Assembly: GCF_964213995.1 (NCBI RefSeq)
Contig: NC_135834.1
Location: forward strand, 17,298,001-17,362,000
Length of the DNA stretch: 64,000 nt
Direction of reading: 5' to 3'
Origin: Mustelus asterias
Lineage: Eukaryota
Shown here: in pieces, positions 38,033 to 49,708 of the stretch
Numbering within the stretch: position 1 is the first letter of the stretch
Layout of the letters: each line of letters begins with the position of its first letter
Translations under genes and position numbers: made by a program
Notes under the pieces: generated by a model
What the model saw: the letters and a program-made list of their open reading frames with translations, nothing else
What the model was told of the DNA's origin: nothing
Databases searched by the model: none

Positions 38033-38376
38033 CTAATACGTACAACTCTTTACCATTATAAAAAAAGACACCAGAATCATCAATCGAGCAGTAATAGACA
38101 GCCGAGTCCTTCACCTCCACTTGGTTGATGGTGAGGAAAGACTTCTTCTGCGCATCGTCGCTGAAATGGGCGAAGCGATCTGAGACATTGAGCCACTTTG
38201 CAGTGTTCCTTCAGGAGCGGTGCTTTTATGGGTCAGGATCCCCGGTGTATGCCTGAACCAGTGGAGCCATCCGTCCCAGATATCTATGTTCTTTACCGAG
38301 CAACGTAAGGTGACGGACCATCCTGGGACGCCAGAGGCAGTTTCCGGTTGGAGCAGTTCGGGAAACGGACAGACAC
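38033..38376 (-). pseudogene. Germline-joined V-J exon of an Ig light-chain-like gene, frameshifted
   Basis: Acceptor ttccaacag|GT. Reads PELLQPETASGVPGWSVTLRCSVKNIDIWDGWLHWFRHTPG, then after a frameshift near 38205-38212 NVSDRFAHFSDDAQKKSFLTINQVEVKDSAVYYCSIDDSGVFFYNGKELYVL-G|GTAAGT. Both Cys, the core Trp and DxAVYYC are present. No RSS lies between YYC and the J-like strand. Length is 344 nt, not a multiple of 3. Confidence 0.85.
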
Positions 38377-38498
38377 CTGTTGGAACGGAGTAAAAGTGAT
38401 GAGTTCAGGTCTGTGATAAAGGATGAGAACAATATAAGTGCATTCATCAATACACTTGTGAAGTTTTACTACAAATTCAGTTTAAGATTTCTACTCAC

Positions 38499-38544
38499 TG
38501 GAGAAAGATATAAACAAGAGCATCATCATATCCACCGTGACCAT
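38499..38544 (-). pseudogene. Leader (signal peptide) exon of an Ig light-chain-like gene
   Basis: ACCATGG start; MVTVDMMMLLFISFS plus 1 nt (46 bp); GTGAGT donor; 122-bp phase-1 intron to the V exon, which is the standard Ig leader layout. Confidence 0.78.
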
Positions 38545-38682
38545 GGTTACACTGAGACACGGGCACTGATTGACAAACTGTTGATGGGCCTGGGCTTCTG
38601 GCTGTCTACACAAAGGTGAGGACTAGATGTTGACTATCTATACCTTAAATCCTTATTGGTTGTTAGTAACACGTCTTCAACA

Positions 38683-38692
38683 ATGCAAATTA
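38683..38692 (-). promoter_or_regulatory. Ig light-chain-type octamer/decamer promoter element (TAATTTGCAT)
   Basis: Perfect ATTTGCAT on the gene strand about 140 bp upstream of the leader ATG. It matches the TNATTTGCAT decamer in the light-chain orientation. Confidence 0.7.
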
Positions 38693-40612
38693 TTTTGATA
38701 GGAAGAAGTCTCGATAACTGACTGACGTCCGTCGACACTTACAAACATAGATTTCTGCCGATTTAAGAAAAAAATGCAGTCCAAATTGTGAGAATCCAAC
38801 ACAGGTAATAAATATTAGGATCCCTAACCCCTCCCCCCCCCCAATCTCCCCGACCACCCCCGCCATTGCCTCCCTTGTAAATGCCCCACAATGTTTATAT
38901 TCACATGATCAACCTACTGTTCATCTAAGTTGCACTTTATGCTCTCCTATGTAAAATCAGTGAGTGTAACTTGTTAATTTGTATCGACTGCAGAGCTGGA
39001 GGAGCATGAATCCCCGGCGCTGAGGCTCCTCCAGTACAAACTCTGAACCTCCTCGTACCATAGAAGCCCTCGCCTTTAGCTGCTACAGATTGGTTTTACA
39101 AACTCGTTGTTTACTCTGTGTCCTGGAAATTGCGTTTTCTATTGTGAGATGAGCGCCTTCTCTGTTCGAGTGAAAAAATCTAAATGCCGCTCCTGTACTG
39201 TTCACATTAGCACAAAATGTTTTGGTGCAGAAACAATGCTGCTTGTGTTTGAACTAATTGTTCTCTGAACTGAGTTAACCCACCAACAATTAGAAAATGA
39301 AAAATTGAATCATTCAGTAGAGATGCCTGAGCTCCAATCTAACAGCTGAATTGTTTGTAGTTTGTAAGTTTGCCCAACTTTCCCGTCCAGAGAATTGATT
39401 CACAAAATGATACAATGCAGCAGGAATACGGTCCTGATGTATTTCTGGTGTTGGCCACTTGACATATCTTTTTAATTTACGCATTTACCTTGCTCTTTCT
39501 TTGTATACCTGCACAAGTTCCCTTCCAAGATATTTTTCGTTTAATACCACATCTGCTTCGAACAAGTTTACATGGAGTAAATTCCAGATCATAACAAACA
39601 TCCCCCCAATGGATAAAAGAACAAGAATCAGTTAGCGCACTATTTCTGAGGCCTTGACATCCACCCCTAAAGCGTAATGCCCAGAATTGACCTGAATACC
39701 ACAACTGTGATCCAACTCGTATTCTATCACGTTTTAATTTAGATTACTATTTTGTGTCAAATAAGTATTCACTTTTAAATCTTTTTTTTTCTTTTATCAG
39801 CCTTCTCAATCGTCTTTTCACCTTCAGGAATGTGTTCACTTTTACCCTCTAATCTGAAGGAAAGAAATCATTCGCTATTGCTCTCTGCTTTTTGTCCTTT
39901 TTCCGGTCTGTGTGCAGTCTGATCCCAGCTGCTTCAATTTCGAAACAAATTGAATATTTAATCTCAGTAACGATGCCTGCAGAGATGGTGTGACGATCAG
40001 GAAACATCGATTCTGTCACTAAGAGTGGAAAGTTGCGGGTACAGGTATTTTTTGTTTCGCCATCTTCTGCTTGAATTAAACACTTTGTGATAACACACAT
40101 ACATCTTCCGAAACATATTTGCAATGCAGAGTAGAATTCTTCGGTACAGCCAGCAACTGTGGTGGGGAATAATCCCTATTGTAATGTTTATTCAAACCAA
40201 GTAAATTGAAAAAAACAGGAGAACCCGGAGGGAACCCACGCAGACATGAGGAGAATGTGCAAACTCCACAAAGACAGTGACCCAAGACGGGAATTGAACC
40301 CGGGCCCCTGGCGAGGTGAGGTGCCATGTTCCCATCTAAGCAGAAGAAGTTACAGCAAAACAGCATTGTGGAGGTAAAATCATCGGGAAGGTAAAATAGT
40401 CAAAGGGGCTCATTTAGGTTTGTAAACGATGCCACAATGTGCTCTTTCGGTACAAGGTTTGGTGCAAATAGCAACAAATTGGCTTCGAATTTGCAGAGAA
40501 AACGCTGACACCCTGATTCAGGTTGCCATGCGGCATACAGTTGTGTCCGTCTTTCTGGCGCAATTGGTCAGCGCGTTCAGCTGTTCACCGGAAGGTTGGT
40601 GATTTGAAACCA

Positions 40613-40781
40613 CAGTCAGAAGCCTCACAACACCAGGTTAAAGTCCAACAGGTTTATTTGGTAGCACAAGCCATCGCTTTCGGAGCGCTGCTCCTTCATC
40701 AGGTAAGTGGGACTCCCAATTACCTGATTGTGAGACTTCTTACTGTGTTTACCCCAGTCCAACGCCGGCATCTCCACATCA
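40613..40781. mobile_element. Short non-coding Penelope-derived insertion with a 13-bp TSD
   Basis: Both halves match the terminus at 47597-47730, in opposite orientations. TGATTTGAAACCA occurs at 40600-40612 and 40782-40794. Confidence 0.82.
40665..40705 (-). ncRNA. Type I hammerhead ribozyme motif with a short looped stem III
   Basis: UAC-CUGAUGA-A-GGAGC agc GCUCC-GAA-AGC gaug GCU-U-GUG. Confidence 0.68.
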
Positions 40782-41861
40782 TGATTTGAAACCATCCAGA
40801 GACTGAGCTTTCGCTGTTTTTTTTTCCGCATTAGCATTCATTGCCACACATTTTTCTTTGTCACCCAGTCCTTGGGCAACACTAAAAATATCTCTCATGT
40901 GTTTCCAGCTCTGCTGTTAACCGGTATTTCCGACAATATTAAGGCATGGAATATATGTCGCAAACATCTATGCAACAATTGATATATTTCAAATACCATT
41001 AAACTTAATAACTGAACGCGAAACCTAACTCCTGGTAAATCTTGGGTTTCAATTTCATTTTCCCGCCCACTCCCCTTCATTCCAGGATAAACCCGAAATC
41101 TGTCTATCCCAGCCTGAAATGTGGTAAATGATGGAGCTAATCTCATTCCGAACCTCCTGCTAGAAACATTGGAGAATAGAGGAATGAAAGGGGATCTCAT
41201 TCAAACGACTATAATTATGACAGGGCTTGACTGACTCGATACAAGGATGTGGTTTGCTCTGGCGGCAAGGTGGGGCCTGGTAGGAGGGTTCTAGAACAAA
41301 AGTTCATAGTCGCATGAAACGGATCACCATTTAGGGCTGCAATATGGAAAAGTGTCTTTGCACAGTGGGTGGTGAACCTGTGGAATTCTCCATCACATGA
41401 GGTTCTGGAAGCCTTGTTTGTGCATAGGCACTCTAATGAGGTTACAAACGTCAGCAACTTATAAATGTTAATGCTCAAGGAAATTTGCGTGTGCCGATTT
41501 CCGGCTGGACATTTGTGAGTAGCGTTGACAAGTGATGCAAATTCAAGTTGGCAGCTTTTGTGTAGACGTGTAAACGGTTGTGAAACGCTTGATTTATGTC
41601 AACCTGCACTAAACACCTTTGCTTCAACATTATATGGGGGCTCAGATTTAATGCAGCATAATGTATATTATGCATTTTCACAGGAGGAACCAGCAGAGAA
41701 AATGTAAATATATATTGCTGGGAAGAGTTGACGGGATTGTGGAAATAGACGATTTTTCCCCCCTAACGTTCAAGCTGGCACAAGTATTCCTTCTATTTTC
41801 GACCAGGAGTTAGTTCCAGCTCCTCCTAATTCATGTGGTGCACGAGAGCAAGAAACTGGCA

Positions 41862-41932
41862 TTCCCTACCAGGAATTGAACCTTGGTTGCGGCGGAGAGA
41901 GTGCCGAATCCTAACCACTAGATTACCATCGA
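41862..41932 (-). pseudogene. tRNA-Glu(CTC) pseudogene
   Basis: Minus strand TGGTAATCTAGTGGTTAGGATTCGGCACTCTCTCCGCCGC...GGTTCAATTCCTGGTAGGGAA; acceptor stem broken. Confidence 0.72.
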
Positions 41933-42795
41933 AGATGCGATCAAGCGTTTTAATCTGACTGATCCATTGCAGCATTTCTCAAACACCCGAGAAACGTTTG
42001 TCGGACAAATGTCATGTTTAAATAGAACACGAGTGAGCCCCTTCACCCAATCAAACACCGATTGCTGTGTTCTGGAACACGAAATCGACAGTGAGGTGAA
42101 ATAGTCCCACCAGCTTCTCATGTGTAACTTCCAAGTTCCAAAACTCATCAACCTCATCATTGTTGATCCTGTGAAATTTATAAGCTAAAACGTGGGATAC
42201 ATTCATCACTGAAAAGTACTGACACACGACAAATTTGAAATTCCTACTTTCCATCTCAGAATTTTACAGTTCTAAAATCAACATTCTCGTGAAAGTTTAA
42301 CGTTGTCTTCATTCCATTGATAATTGCCGACTTGCTGTGTAGTTTATGTTATGATAAGACCTGTTTTTTATAATAGAAACAATAGGTGGTGGAGATGCTC
42401 AGCTGGTTTGGCAGCATCTGTGGACACGCACCAAATTTTAAACACTTCAATGCTTTATCTATTTTTGAAGTGTAGCAATTATTGAGTTTGAAAAGCTGCA
42501 AAAATATATTTTTTTTAACTAATTCATCTCCAAGTGTTGTTGTTAATGTTGCAGCATTAAATAATCTCACAGTAGATGTGACATTTACACTCCCCAAGTT
42601 TTGAATGGTAATCTGCAAATCCATTAATGACGAAAGAGATAAAATTTCGGACAAATATCATTTTATGGTGCTTATCTTAAATCGATTTCACTGCCTGGTG
42701 GCTAAGGTTTTCAACTGAATTGTACTTCCAGAAAACAAGGTTCTAAAGTTCAATCAGACTGCATGGCTAGGCCGGTCACTTTGGTCATGAGCAGA

Positions 42796-42868
42796 GTTTC
42801 TGTAGTGTAGCGATTATCATCTTCATTTCTTACACGCAGGTTCCCCGATTCGAAATGGGGTAGAAACA
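42796..42868 (+). pseudogene. tRNA-Val pseudogene
   Basis: GTTTCTGTAGTGTAGCGATTATCA...CCCCGATTCGAAATGGGGTAGAAACA compared with tRNA-Val GTTTCCGTAGTGTAGTGGTTATCAC...GGAAACA. Confidence 0.65.
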
Positions 42869-42967
42869 TCATCAACATCATCATCTAAGCTCTCTGATTC
42901 AAGTTTGCTGTTAAATGTTAATTGAATTTACACTCGATCAAAATTTCACCTTTTATTAAAAATACAA

Positions 42968-43325
42968 TCGCACGATGGTATATTGGTTAGCACTGCTGCC
43001 TCACAGCGCCAGAAACGCGGGTTGAAGTCCAGCCCTGGGTGACTGTCTGTGCGGAGTTTGCACATTCTCCCCATATCTGCGTGGGTTTCCTTATGGTTAT
43101 CAAGTTTGCTCCCTCAGTGCAAAGGTGTGCAGATTAGGTGATTGGCCATGCTAAATTGTCCCTTTGTGTTCAAGGACGCGTAGGTCAGATGGATTAGTTA
43201 TGGTAAATGTCTGGGTTGAAGGGGAAAGGGTGGGGAGATGGCCCGGGTAAGATACACTGTCAGAGAGTCGGTGCAGAATCGATGGGCCGAATGGCCACCT
43301 TCTGCACTTCAGGGATTCTGTGATT
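42968..43325 (+). mobile_element. HE1-like SINE
   Basis: GCACGATGGTATATTGGTTAGCACTGCTGCCTCACAGC head and GATGGGCCGAATGGCC tail. Confidence 0.78.
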
Positions 43326-45071
43326 AAAACTGCAAATGATTTCAGCTGGCAGTGGGTGTTTAGAAAGTGTGGAGCTTGAATATTGCTGTTTTTCTGGATT
43401 TCCCTGTCTCATTCACTGTGGGGCGCGAGAAGAGAGAATACTTAATATGTATGTTTTATAGCAAAAATTCTATGGATTTCTAATGGATTAGATGCAGATA
43501 CATGTTCAATCCAACAACACATTTGATATGAATGTATTATGTATAATGATACATATCGTGTTCAGACTAAACAAAACATTTAGGTCGTAATATGGGAAAC
43601 AATTGAGGCACCAGAGATTGGAGATTTTTCTTCTTTCATAAATCCCGTTTAATAACCTGGAACTATGTGACACTGAATACTGACGGGGAGAAAACATGAA
43701 AAGCTCTGCCCCGAAAGGTTTCGAACCTACAATTGTTTACTTCATAGCTGATCACACTGAGACTGACTGGAAATTTCATGTCCAGTCATGAGGAAGTTCT
43801 AGTTCTTTGAGTGGACTCCTTGATGTCAAGGGCAGCCAGCCTCACCTCACCTCTGGTGCTCAGCTCTTTTGACCATAATTAATGTCTTTAAATATTTGAG
43901 CAGGGTAATTCTAAGTAAATGTGCCTTGATACACTGTCGATGTTCAAGAGTCGACTGCTGGTAATTGACCGGGATGAATTTGTCCTGATTTTACGTACCA
44001 ATCATACTTAGCCGATTTTCCAAATTGTCAGGTCCATGCGAGTTTTGTAAATGTTCTCGAACAGCTTGGCTCGGGGCGCAGCAAGTTCTGAATCACAATT
44101 TTGCAGTTGAATTGCCGGAATATTGCCAACGCCCAGAGCTTTTGTATTTTCCAATGCCTTCAACACTTTACTTGAATGGGTGAAACGCACTGTCCTTTTC
44201 AGTGTTTACACCACTCTCTGTCTCTGTCTATCTGTCTGCATAATTGTCTCGGACGATCAGTCTATCAATCTGACTTGCCTGTGTCTCTTTCTCTGTCTTC
44301 TCTATTGCTCTTAGTTCCTTGTGTTCTCTCACTCTGTCTGCATAACCAAGGTTCACTGAGATGAGTCGGTTGTTCTTGGAGGAGAGATTCAGTGGGATGA
44401 ATATGTTCTCTCTGGTGATGTTATTGAAGACTGACGTGAGGAGACATTTATTGATTCGAAGTTTTGCATATTTTGTATTCCTGTAGTCCAGAAGCCTGTC
44501 GATCCTCCGTTGATGAGGTTACTGAATGCCGAGATGGACAAATTGTGGATGAAGGGCTATTAGGATCGCACTTGGAATTGGTATTGGGACAGGGAATCCG
44601 CCATGATGCTCTTAAGTGGTGGAGGAGGCTCAATATGACAAATGACCGACTGAAGTGAATTTGTTCACTGGCAACAGCAGCTCAGATCACAGTCGCTCCT
44701 GTTGGCAACTTTAATCAGTGATCCAAGGCAATGAATGTAGGGTAGCGAAATTTTGTAGAAAATTTGTTCAGTTGATTTTTTCTAAACGTCATGAAATAGC
44801 TTTGGTCGGATATGTTATCGCTCAGATTTGATGCAGCAGAACATTTCATTATTCATTTTGACAGGAGGAACCAGCAGGGGGAATGTAAATATACATTGCT
44901 GTGAGTTATTGGGTAGTTTTTGGAACTAGATTGATAAAGGAAGTGATTGTAAAAAATGTTCACCCCTTCAGGAAACTCAACCACAGTGACGCACAAAGGT
45001 GAGAAAACAGACGCCCACACCGAGAGTGACAGTGGTCTGGCTGGAAGCAAAGACAGCAGACCACTACCTGA

Positions 45072-45143
45072 GGGGGTATAGCTCAATGGCAGAGCATTCG
45101 ATTGCAGATTGATCGGTCTTTGGTTCCAATCCAAGTGCCCCCT
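45072..45143 (+). tRNA. tRNA-Cys(GCA), probably a pseudogene
   Basis: GGGGGTATAGCTCAATGGCAGAGCA...TTGCAGA...GGTTCCAATCCAAGTGCCCCCT, 72 nt, aligns to vertebrate tRNA-Cys with several substitutions including the B box. Confidence 0.78.
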
Positions 45144-45342
45144 TCTGCGAAGTGTTTTCACTTTTACATGTCCTTCATTGACTGGAAAGCAATTTCTGAT
45201 GTCCGTTGATCGCGAAAGGTGCTATATAAATAGAAGTCTGTCTTTCTCTTACTATATTCAATCCCAGTTTTCTTGTTACTGACCTCCGTCAGTGAAAACA
45301 TTATTTCCCTATCTCCTCTACCAAACGCCCTATTCTCATGTC

Positions 45343-46029
45343 CTTCAGTCTGCAGGTACAACAGGTGATCAAGAAGGCAAATGGGATGTTGGCCTATATT
45401 GCGAGGGGGATAGAATATAAAAGCAGGGATGTCTTGATGCACCTGTACAGGGCATTGGTGAGGCCGCAGCTGGAATACTGTGTGCAGTATTGGTCCCCTT
45501 ATATGAGGAAGGATATATTGGCATTGGAGGGAGTGCAGAGAAGGTTCACCAGGTTGATACCGGAGATGAGGGGTTTGGATTATGAGGAGAGGCTGAGGAG
45601 ATTGGGTTTGTACTCGTTGGAGTTTAGAAGGATGAGGGGGGATCTTATGGAGACTTATAAGATAATGCGGGGGCTGGATAGGGTGGAGGCGGAGAGATTC
45701 TTTCCACTTAGTAAGGAAGTTAAAACTAGAGGACACAGCCTCAAAATAAAGGGGGGTCGGTTTAAGACAGAGTTGAGGAGGAACTTCTTCTCCCAGAGGG
45801 TGGTGAATCTCTGGAATTCTCTGCCCACTGAGGTGGTGGAGGCTACCTCGCTGAATATGTTTAAAGCGCGGATGGACGGATTCCTGAGCGGTAAGGGAAT
45901 TAAGGGTTATGGGGATCAGGCGGGTAAGTGGTACTGATCCACGTCAGATCAGCCATGATCTTATTGAATGGCGGGGCAGGCTCGAGGGGCTAGATGGCCT
46001 ACTCCTGCTCCTATTTCTTATGTTCTTAT
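45343..46029 (+). mobile_element. CR1 LINE 3' fragment
   Basis: ORF 45338-45937; tail TTCTTATGTTCTTAT; same family as 24618-25290. Confidence 0.9.
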
Positions 46030-46616
46030 AGAAAGGGGTAACCATTACATCACAGCGACACTGTGGGAGAAACATAGCCAAAGGGACTTGTTTAGACTTG
46101 CAAACGTTATGATCATGGATCAGGTTTTTCATAAAGGGAATTGGAATCGCATTTGCACAGAACTTTCTGACAGCCTGCTTTAGGATATCATATGGAATCC
46201 AGGTGCCTAAATCGCTGTGGTGCAATTTGTTGGAGCATTCGGCTGTAAACTGAAAGTTGATGTTTTGTGACGGAGAGCGGAGCTCTCTTTGTTCTCTCCC
46301 ATTCATTGCCACACAATTCAAAAGATTCACAAACCTTTGAGTGAAATGATTTCTCCTCATCTCAGTCCTAAATGATCAGCCCTTATCCAGAGACTGTGTC
46401 CACGTGATTTAGATTTTCCGCATGGCGGAATCAATCTCTCAGCGTCCATTCTGTCAAACCCTCGCAGAATTGTGTTGGTTTAACTGAGATCACCTCTCAT
46501 CCTTCGAAACGCCAATGAATTTCATCCTAATTTACACATTTACACCATCATCACAGGAGAAATCCCTCACCCAAGGGATGCCATCACTGTATTGTCATCA
46601 ATATCATCGTGGAATA

Positions 46617-47139
46617 TCATAGAATACCTACAGTACAGAAGGAGGCCATTCGGCCCATCGAGTCTGCACCGACCATAATCCCACCCAAACCTTATTCCCG
46701 CAGCTTCACGCATTTTACCTTGTTAATCCCCCTGACACTAAGAATCAATTTAGCATGGCCAATCCACCTAACCCGCACATCTTTGGAGTGTGGGAGGAAA
46801 CCGGAGCACCCGGCGGAAACCCACGCAGACACGGGGAGAACGTGCAAACTCCACACAGACAGTGACCCGAGGCCGGAATTGAACCCGAGTCCCTGGCGCA
46901 TAGCCCCACTTAGTTGCCCTGGTAGTGCGCCTGACACTAAGGGTCAATTTAACATGGCCAGTCAACCTAACTCGCACATCTTTGGACTGTGGGTGGAAAC
47001 CGGAGCACCCGGAGGGAACCCACGCAGACACCAGGAGAATGTACAAACTCCACAAAGACAGTGACCCAAGACGGGATTTGAACCCGGATCCCTGGCGAGG
47101 TGAGGTAGCAGTGCTGACCACTGTGCCACTGTGCCGCCC
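46617..47139 (-). mobile_element. Two adjacent HE1-like SINE copies (about 46617-46898 and 46930-47139)
   Basis: Two successive copies of the central domain; tail at the left end and head at the right end. Confidence 0.78.
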
Positions 47140-47596
47140 ATATTGGCTTTGCCGTGAAGGATAAACATATCATTCACTTTCCTCATTGGGTTCTGCACGT
47201 GCATGGTGACTTTCTGTGCTCCTTGTACAACCAGGTCTTTTTGAACATCAACACTTATCACTTTCCCTCCTTTAAAACATAATCTGCTCGGTATTCTTAC
47301 GAAAGAATGAATTTCTTTGCACACTACACTCTGCCATTTGTGTCTCACTCACCAAACCTGACTCTATCTCGTTCCAGCTTCCTTCTGTCCTCCCCGTAGC
47401 TTAACATTCTGTCTAACATACAAAAAAAACTAATTACAGGCACCAATAAGAAACGAACTCGGGGCACCTGGTCTGCAAGATCAATGTTGCAACAATGGGA
47501 CTATGGAGCCAACTGCAAGCAAACACGTACAACAAATCGACTGTAATCAATGGAACCAAGTTGGAAAATCTTGGAGAATCCTGTTCATACATCAGA

Positions 47597-49121
47597 ATGT
47601 GGAGATGCCGGCGTTGGACTGGGGTGAACACAGTAAGAAGTCTCACAGCACCAGGTTAAAGTCCAACAGGTTTATTTGGTAGCAAATACCATAAGCTTTC
47701 GGAGCGCTGCCCCTTCGTCAGATGGAGTGGTTATCTGTTCTCAAACAGTGCAAACAGACACAGAAATCAAATTACAGAATACTGATTAGAATGCAAATCT
47801 CTACAGCCAGCCAGGTCTTAAATGTACAGACAATGTGGGTGGAGGGAGCATTCAACACAGGTTAAAGAGATGTGTATTGTCTCCAGACAGAACAGCCAGT
47901 GAAATTCTGCAAGCCAAGGAGGCAAGCTGTGGGGGTTACTGATAATGTGACATAAATCCAACATCCCGGTTTAGGCCGTCCTCATGTGTGCGGAACTTGG
48001 CTATCAGTTTCTGCTCAGCGACTCTGCGCTGTCGTGTATCGTGAAGGCCGCCTTGGAGAACGCTTACCTGAAGATCCAAGGCTGAATGCCCGTGACTGCT
48101 GAAGTGCTCCCCCACAGGAAGAGAACAGTCTTGCCTGGTGATTGTCGAGCGGTGTTCATTCATCCGTTGTCTTAGCGTCTGCATGGTTTCCCCAATGTAC
48201 CATGCCTCAGGACATCCTTTCTTGCAGCGTATCAGGTAGACAACGTTGGCCGAGTTGCAAGAGTAGGTGCCGTGTACCTGGTAGATGGTGTTCTCACGTG
48301 AGATGATGGCATCCGTGTCGATGATCCGGCACATCTTGCAGAGGTTGCTGTGGCAGGGTTGTGTGGTGTCATGGTCACTGTTCTCCTGAAGGCTGGGTAG
48401 TTTGCTGCGGACAATGGTCTGTTTGAGGTTGCGTGGTTGTTTGAAGGCAAGAAGTGGGGGTGTGGGGATGGCCTTGGCGAGATGTTCGTCTTCATCAATG
48501 ACATGTTGAAGGCTCCGGAGGAGATGCCGTAGCTTCTCCGCTCCGGGGAAGTACTGGACGACGAAGGGTACTCTGTCCACCATGTCCCGTGTTTGTCTTC
48601 TGAGGAGGTCGGTGCGGTTTTTCGCTGTGGCGCGTCGGAACTGTTGATCGATGAGCCGAGCGCCATATCCTGTTCTTATGAGGGCATCCTTCAGCGTCTG
48701 GAGGTGTCTGTTGCGATCCTCCTCATCCGAGCAGATCCTGTGTATTCGGAGGGCTTGTCCGGAGGGGATGGCTTCTGTTACGTGTTTAGGGTGGAAACTG
48801 GAGAAGTGGAGCATCATGAGGTTATCCATGGGCTTGCGGTACAGTGAGGTGCTGAGGTGACCGTCCTTAATGGAGATGCGTGTGTCCAAGAATGCAACCG
48901 ATTCCAGAGAGTAGTCCATGGTGAGTCTGATGGTGGGATGGAGCTTGTTGATGTCATCATATAGTTGTTTCAGTGATTGCTCACCATGACTCCAAAGGAA
49001 GAAAATGTCATCGATGTATCTAGTGTATAGCATCGGTTGAAGGTCCTGTGCGGTGAAGAAGTCTTGTTCGAACCTGTGCATGAAGATGTTGGCATATTGA
49101 GGTGCGAATTTTGTCCCCATA
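47597..49121 (-). mobile_element. 5'-truncated Penelope-like element (RT C-half, GIY-YIG endonuclease, 3' terminal repeat)
   Basis: ORF 47936-49165: MGTKFAPQYAN, RYIDDIF, LYRKP, and the GIY-YIG segment VVYLIRC...WYIGET...R...EH. Confidence 0.9.
47689..47725 (-). ncRNA. Minimal type I hammerhead ribozyme motif
   Basis: CCAU-CUGACGA-A-GGGGC agc GCUCC-GAA-AGCU-U-AUGG: stem I CCAU/AUGG, intact core, stem II, palindromic stem III. Confidence 0.75.
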
Positions 49122-49315
49122 CACCATGCATACATCAGAAAGCAGGGATTTCCTCTTCGTTGCACTGAGTCTTGGGTTCTTCATCTCTCTGAGAGGTTGC
49201 CTAGTCCGCTGATATGAAGATCGGCAAAGTGTGATTTTGAGTCTGACCTTATATTCAGTTAAAATTCAACATTCAAGGTGAACTACAGAGCTTCCTTCAA
49301 ACTGATATTTAGCAA

Positions 49316-49388
49316 TGTTTCTGCCTGGTTTCGAAGCGAGGACCATTTGCACGCAAACCAAACGTGATAATCAATACACTGCAGGAAT
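49316..49388 (-). pseudogene. tRNA-Val pseudogene
   Basis: Minus strand TTCCTGCAGTGTATTGATTATCACGTTTG...GGTCCTCGCTTCGAAACCAGGCAGAAACA. Confidence 0.6.
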
Positions 49389-49708
49389 CATGCTGCCACG
49401 CCCTGTTTTGCTGAATATAATTGGGCTGAAAACGTTATCAAAGCGGCAGAGATTTTGACCTAAGATTAAAATTATAAAATAGCGGCTCATTAGCAACCAT
49501 TGGACACTCCAAACATGTGTGAACTACCTTCCTGCAATTCGTCTCAATCATGATCTGCCTCTTTCACCGAACATTTTGCAGAATATCATTCAAAAGCTGA
49601 GAAGTTTGCACATGTTACATAGCTGTAAGATCATGCGTTCAGTTACTGTTCAACCGCAAACGGTGACAATATAATTTATTTCATACTTAGCTGAGTGAGT
49701 TTTAATAA

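Larger units (their letters stand above)
40549..40804 (+). pseudogene. tRNA-Asn(GTT) pseudogene split by the Penelope-derived insertion (40549-40612 and 40795-40804)
   Basis: GTCTTTCTGGCGCAATTGGTCAGCGCGTTCAGCTGTTCACCGGAAGGTTGGTG...CCA|TCCAGAGACT aligns to tRNA-Asn. Confidence 0.72.

Noticed and set aside
39091-39180. Possible RSS (CACAGAG, 12-13 bp spacer, TGTAAAACC on minus) next to an AHLTIEN stretch
   Set aside because: Weak nonamer, no YYC, no recognisable V frame or leader; compatible with chance.
43700-43775. Possible seventh tRNA relic (GGTTCGAAACC...GGGGCA on minus)
   Set aside because: Only a B-box-like 3' part is visible; no convincing cloverleaf or isotype.
45072-45250. tRNA-Cys followed by an L2-like tail as a new SINE
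   Set aside because: Single, degraded instance with no TSD; adjacency may be coincidental.
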